From Spirochaetaceae bacterium (GTDB lineage: Bacteria > Spirochaetota > Spirochaetia > Treponematales > Breznakiellaceae), in contig JAIRMP010000121.1 of assembly GCA_031258615.1 (NCBI GenBank), forward strand, positions 1 through 33,533: DNA of 33,533 nucleotides, read 5' to 3'. The notes beneath the pieces were generated by a model that worked only from the letters and a program-made list of their open reading frames with translations, was not told the DNA's origin and did no database searches. Shown here in pieces: positions 31,809-33,533 of this stretch. The position numbers and the translations under genes are program-made. The stretch's first letter is position 1. The number at the start of each line of letters is the position of its first letter.

Positions 31809-32438
31809 CTAATTGTTCGATGTTTTGCGGGCAAAGATTTCCAGACGTAACAGCGCGGCGTTTGCCGCCAGCGCCAGGAGCGCGCAGAGCAGAGCGCCCC
31901 AGATTATTTTTACAGCGTTGTTTGTACGCAATCCGTCAAATAAGACGGCGCCTATGCCGCCCGCATTTATCACGGCGGCTATTGCGCCTATGCCTATAGT
32001 CGAAACAACGGCAAGCCGTATTCCCGCTATTATCATGGGCAGCGACAGCGGTAGTTTTACAAAAATGATTATTTCAAACCACGTCATTCCCATGCCGCAG
32101 CCAGCTTCTATCAGGGACGGCGCTACCGCGTTAAAACCGGCAAGGATGTTTCGCAGCAGCAGGAATTGGTTGTACAACACGAGAACGCATATTGCGGTAC
32201 GCATACCCAGACCAAGCACGGGAATTAACAGCGCGAACAACGCGAGGCTTGGGATTGTGTAAACGATTCCCGCTATGCGGAGCGCCGTCCGTTCAGCGGC
32301 GGGTCCGGCTCTGTGCAATGCCAGCGCAAGAATGGCCGCGATTAAAATTGAAAAAAACATCGTAAGAAGCAGCAAAAGTATGTGCTGGCCAAAAGCGGTT
32401 AACAGCCTGTCGTGGTACCGCGCAAAGTATTGAATCAT
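31809..32438 (-). CDS. ABC transporter permease (osmoprotectant / OpuC-YehW-like family)
   Basis: 209 aa with multiple TM helices. An EAA-loop-like sequence is LIEAGCGMGMTWFEIIIFVKLPLSLP. There is an ATGA overlap with the upstream ATPase gene. Confidence 0.8.
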   Translation of the reverse strand: MIQYFARYHDRLLTAFGQHILLLLLTMFFSILIAAILALALHRAGPAAERTALRIAGIVYTIPSLALFALLIPVLGLGMRTAICVLVLYNQFLLLRNILAGFNAVAPSLIEAGCGMGMTWFEIIIFVKLPLSLPMIIAGIRLAVVSTIGIGAIAAVINAGGIGAVLFDGLRTNNAVKIIWGALLCALLALAANAALLRLEIFARKTSNN

Positions 32439-33214
32439 ATACCGTCTCCGTCGGCGGCATATACGCCTTCCTGAGCCAGCAGGGCGCGTACAAAATCGTT
32501 TGCCGGTGATTTTAAAAGATTATCGGGGCTGTCAAACTGCATGACGGCGCCCTGGTGCATTACCAGTGTACGTGTTCCAAGTTTGAGCGCCTCGTTTATA
32601 TCATGCGTAACAAAAAGATATGTGCGGCGGCGCTCACTTGAATCTTTTTCTACGCGGTGAATACGCAAAAGTTCATTCTGTAAGTTCACTCTGTTAATCG
32701 CGTCTATGGCGCCAAAAGGTTCATCCAACAGCATAATTGAAGGGTCTACGGCAAGGGCGCGGGCCAGCCCCACGCGCTGCTGCTGTCCGCCTGAAAGTTC
32801 CGCGGGATGACGTTTGTGAAATTCCGCATAGTCCAGATTGACCAGATTTAAAAGTTCTTCCACACGGTTTTTTATCCGATGTTTGTCCCACTTCAACAGT
32901 TTCGGCACGACGGCAATATTTTCAAAAACCGTCATGTGCGGAAAAAGCCCTGACTGCTGAATAACATAGCCTATGTTGTGGCGCAGTTTTACCGGGTCGG
33001 TATCTTTGATGTTGGTTCCGTTAATTTGAATTTCACCGGAATCATATTCAACGAGCCGGTTTACCATCTTGAGCAGAGTTGTTTTCCCGCAGCCTGAGGT
33101 TCCTATTATCGTGATAAACTCCCCCTCCTCAATGGACAAACTCAGGTCGTCAATTGTGTTGTACGCGGCGTTTTTAAATTTTTTTACTATGTGCTTAAAT
33201 GATACTACGGTCAA
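32435..33214 (-). CDS. ABC transporter ATP-binding protein (osmoprotectant/glycine betaine-type, no CBS tail)
   Basis: TTG start preceded by AGGGGGAA. Motifs present: Walker A GTSGCGKTT, Q-loop, signature LSGGQQQRV, Walker B IMLLDEPF and H-loop VTHD. Product is 259 aa. Confidence 0.88.
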   Translation of the reverse strand: MTVVSFKHIVKKFKNAAYNTIDDLSLSIEEGEFITIIGTSGCGKTTLLKMVNRLVEYDSGEIQINGTNIKDTDPVKLRHNIGYVIQQSGLFPHMTVFENIAVVPKLLKWDKHRIKNRVEELLNLVNLDYAEFHKRHPAELSGGQQQRVGLARALAVDPSIMLLDEPFGAIDAINRVNLQNELLRIHRVEKDSSERRRTYLFVTHDINEALKLGTRTLVMHQGAVMQFDSPDNLLKSPANDFVRALLAQEGVYAADGDGI

Positions 33215-33293
33215 AGTTATTCCCCCTAAATTTTTCCAAATACAAAACCCCTTTGGGACAGGTATTTACGCAGAGTGAACAGCCTATACATTG

Positions 33294-33398
33294 GACTTGT
33301 TCGAGAACCTTATGGTTCTCGAACAAGTCTTGCAAAATGCAAGGCATTTTGCTGTTTTTAAGCGGAAGTTGTTCAAAAACTGAAGTTTTTGAACAACT
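33294..33398. promoter_or_regulatory. Three consecutive perfect palindromes between the partial upstream CDS and the ABC operon
   Basis: H1 is a 16-bp stem, 33294-33309 with 33314-33329 (GACTTGTTCGAGAACC-TTAT-...). H2 is a 9-bp stem, 33332-33340 with 33344-33352 (GCAAAATGC-AAG-GCATTTTGC), followed by TGTTTTT on the + strand. H3 is a 14-bp stem, 33367-33380 with 33385-33398 (AGTTGTTCAAAAAC-TGAA-...). H1 and H3 share a TTGTTC.A.AAC core. Confidence 0.6.
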
Positions 33399-33533
33399 CT
33401 ATTTAACGCTGTCCACCCGTTTTTCCACCGTATTAAAGAGCCGAAACGGACGCCTTTTTTCGCAGAGGCCGCAAGCGGCGCATTTATCCCAATCCGCTTT
33501 TATCCGTTTTGAAATTACAGGCCAGTCATGATA
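33399..33533 (-). CDS. 3' end of a CDS running off the window; Cys-rich (CxxCxxC, ferredoxin-like?) C-terminus
   Basis: The minus-strand frame is open from the window edge and reads YHDWPVISKRIKADWDKCAACGLCEKRRPFRLFNTVEKRVDSVK, then stops at 33401-33399. Palindrome H3 lies directly after the stop. It is absent from the ORF track because no start codon lies inside the window. Confidence 0.35.
   Translation of the reverse strand, partial: YHDWPVISKRIKADWDKCAACGLCEKRRPFRLFNTVEKRVDSVK

Noticed and set aside
31550-32262. + strand ORFs 31550-31999 and 31813-32262 (149 aa each)
   Set aside because: They are antisense to the J-domain and permease genes. Their products are low-complexity and Arg/Ala-rich, and no RBS is present.
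33199-33531. A 110-aa + strand ORF across the ABC upstream region
   Set aside because: It reads straight through the three perfect palindromes and is antisense to the partial Cys-rich CDS. It has no RBS and a composition that does not resemble a protein.

Overview
The window is dominated by one complete type VI secretion system (T6SS-i-like) locus on the + strand, from about 2.63 to 31.45 kb. Gene order is tssA-tssB-tssC-[T7-A-G16 tract]-hcp-tssE-tssF-tssG-clpV-PAAR, then a stand-alone gp27-like VgrG half. Three tandem paralogous 3-gene cassettes follow, each with a gp5-like spike carrying a divergent hydrophobic C-terminus, a 130-aa protein and a ~385-aa conserved 'MADKLDWL' protein. The locus ends with a tssJ-like lipoprotein, tssK, tssL and tssM.

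The most unusual features are the split spike (one gp27-like gene, three gp5-like genes, one PAAR) and the triplicated cassette, whose second and third genes I cannot assign to any family from memory. These are my candidates for an undescribed T6SS cargo, adaptor or immunity module.

The left flank holds a twice-frameshifted beta-barrel outer membrane protein gene, then a rubrerythrin gene with a sigma70-like promoter overlapped by a Fur/PerR-like inverted repeat. A ~580-bp non-coding block of nested direct repeats and hairpins follows and abuts the putative T6SS promoter.

The right flank, on the minus strand, holds a small J-domain protein that overlaps the tssM 3' end convergently, and a two-gene osmoprotectant-type ABC transporter (ATPase and permease). 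Beyond these lie three perfect palindromes and a partial Cys-rich CDS that runs off the window.

I saw no transposase, integrase, tRNA, rRNA or CRISPR array. All protein calls rest on motif and architecture recognition by eye, since no database search was possible. The organism is not identifiable from the sequence; rubrerythrin hints at an anaerobe.
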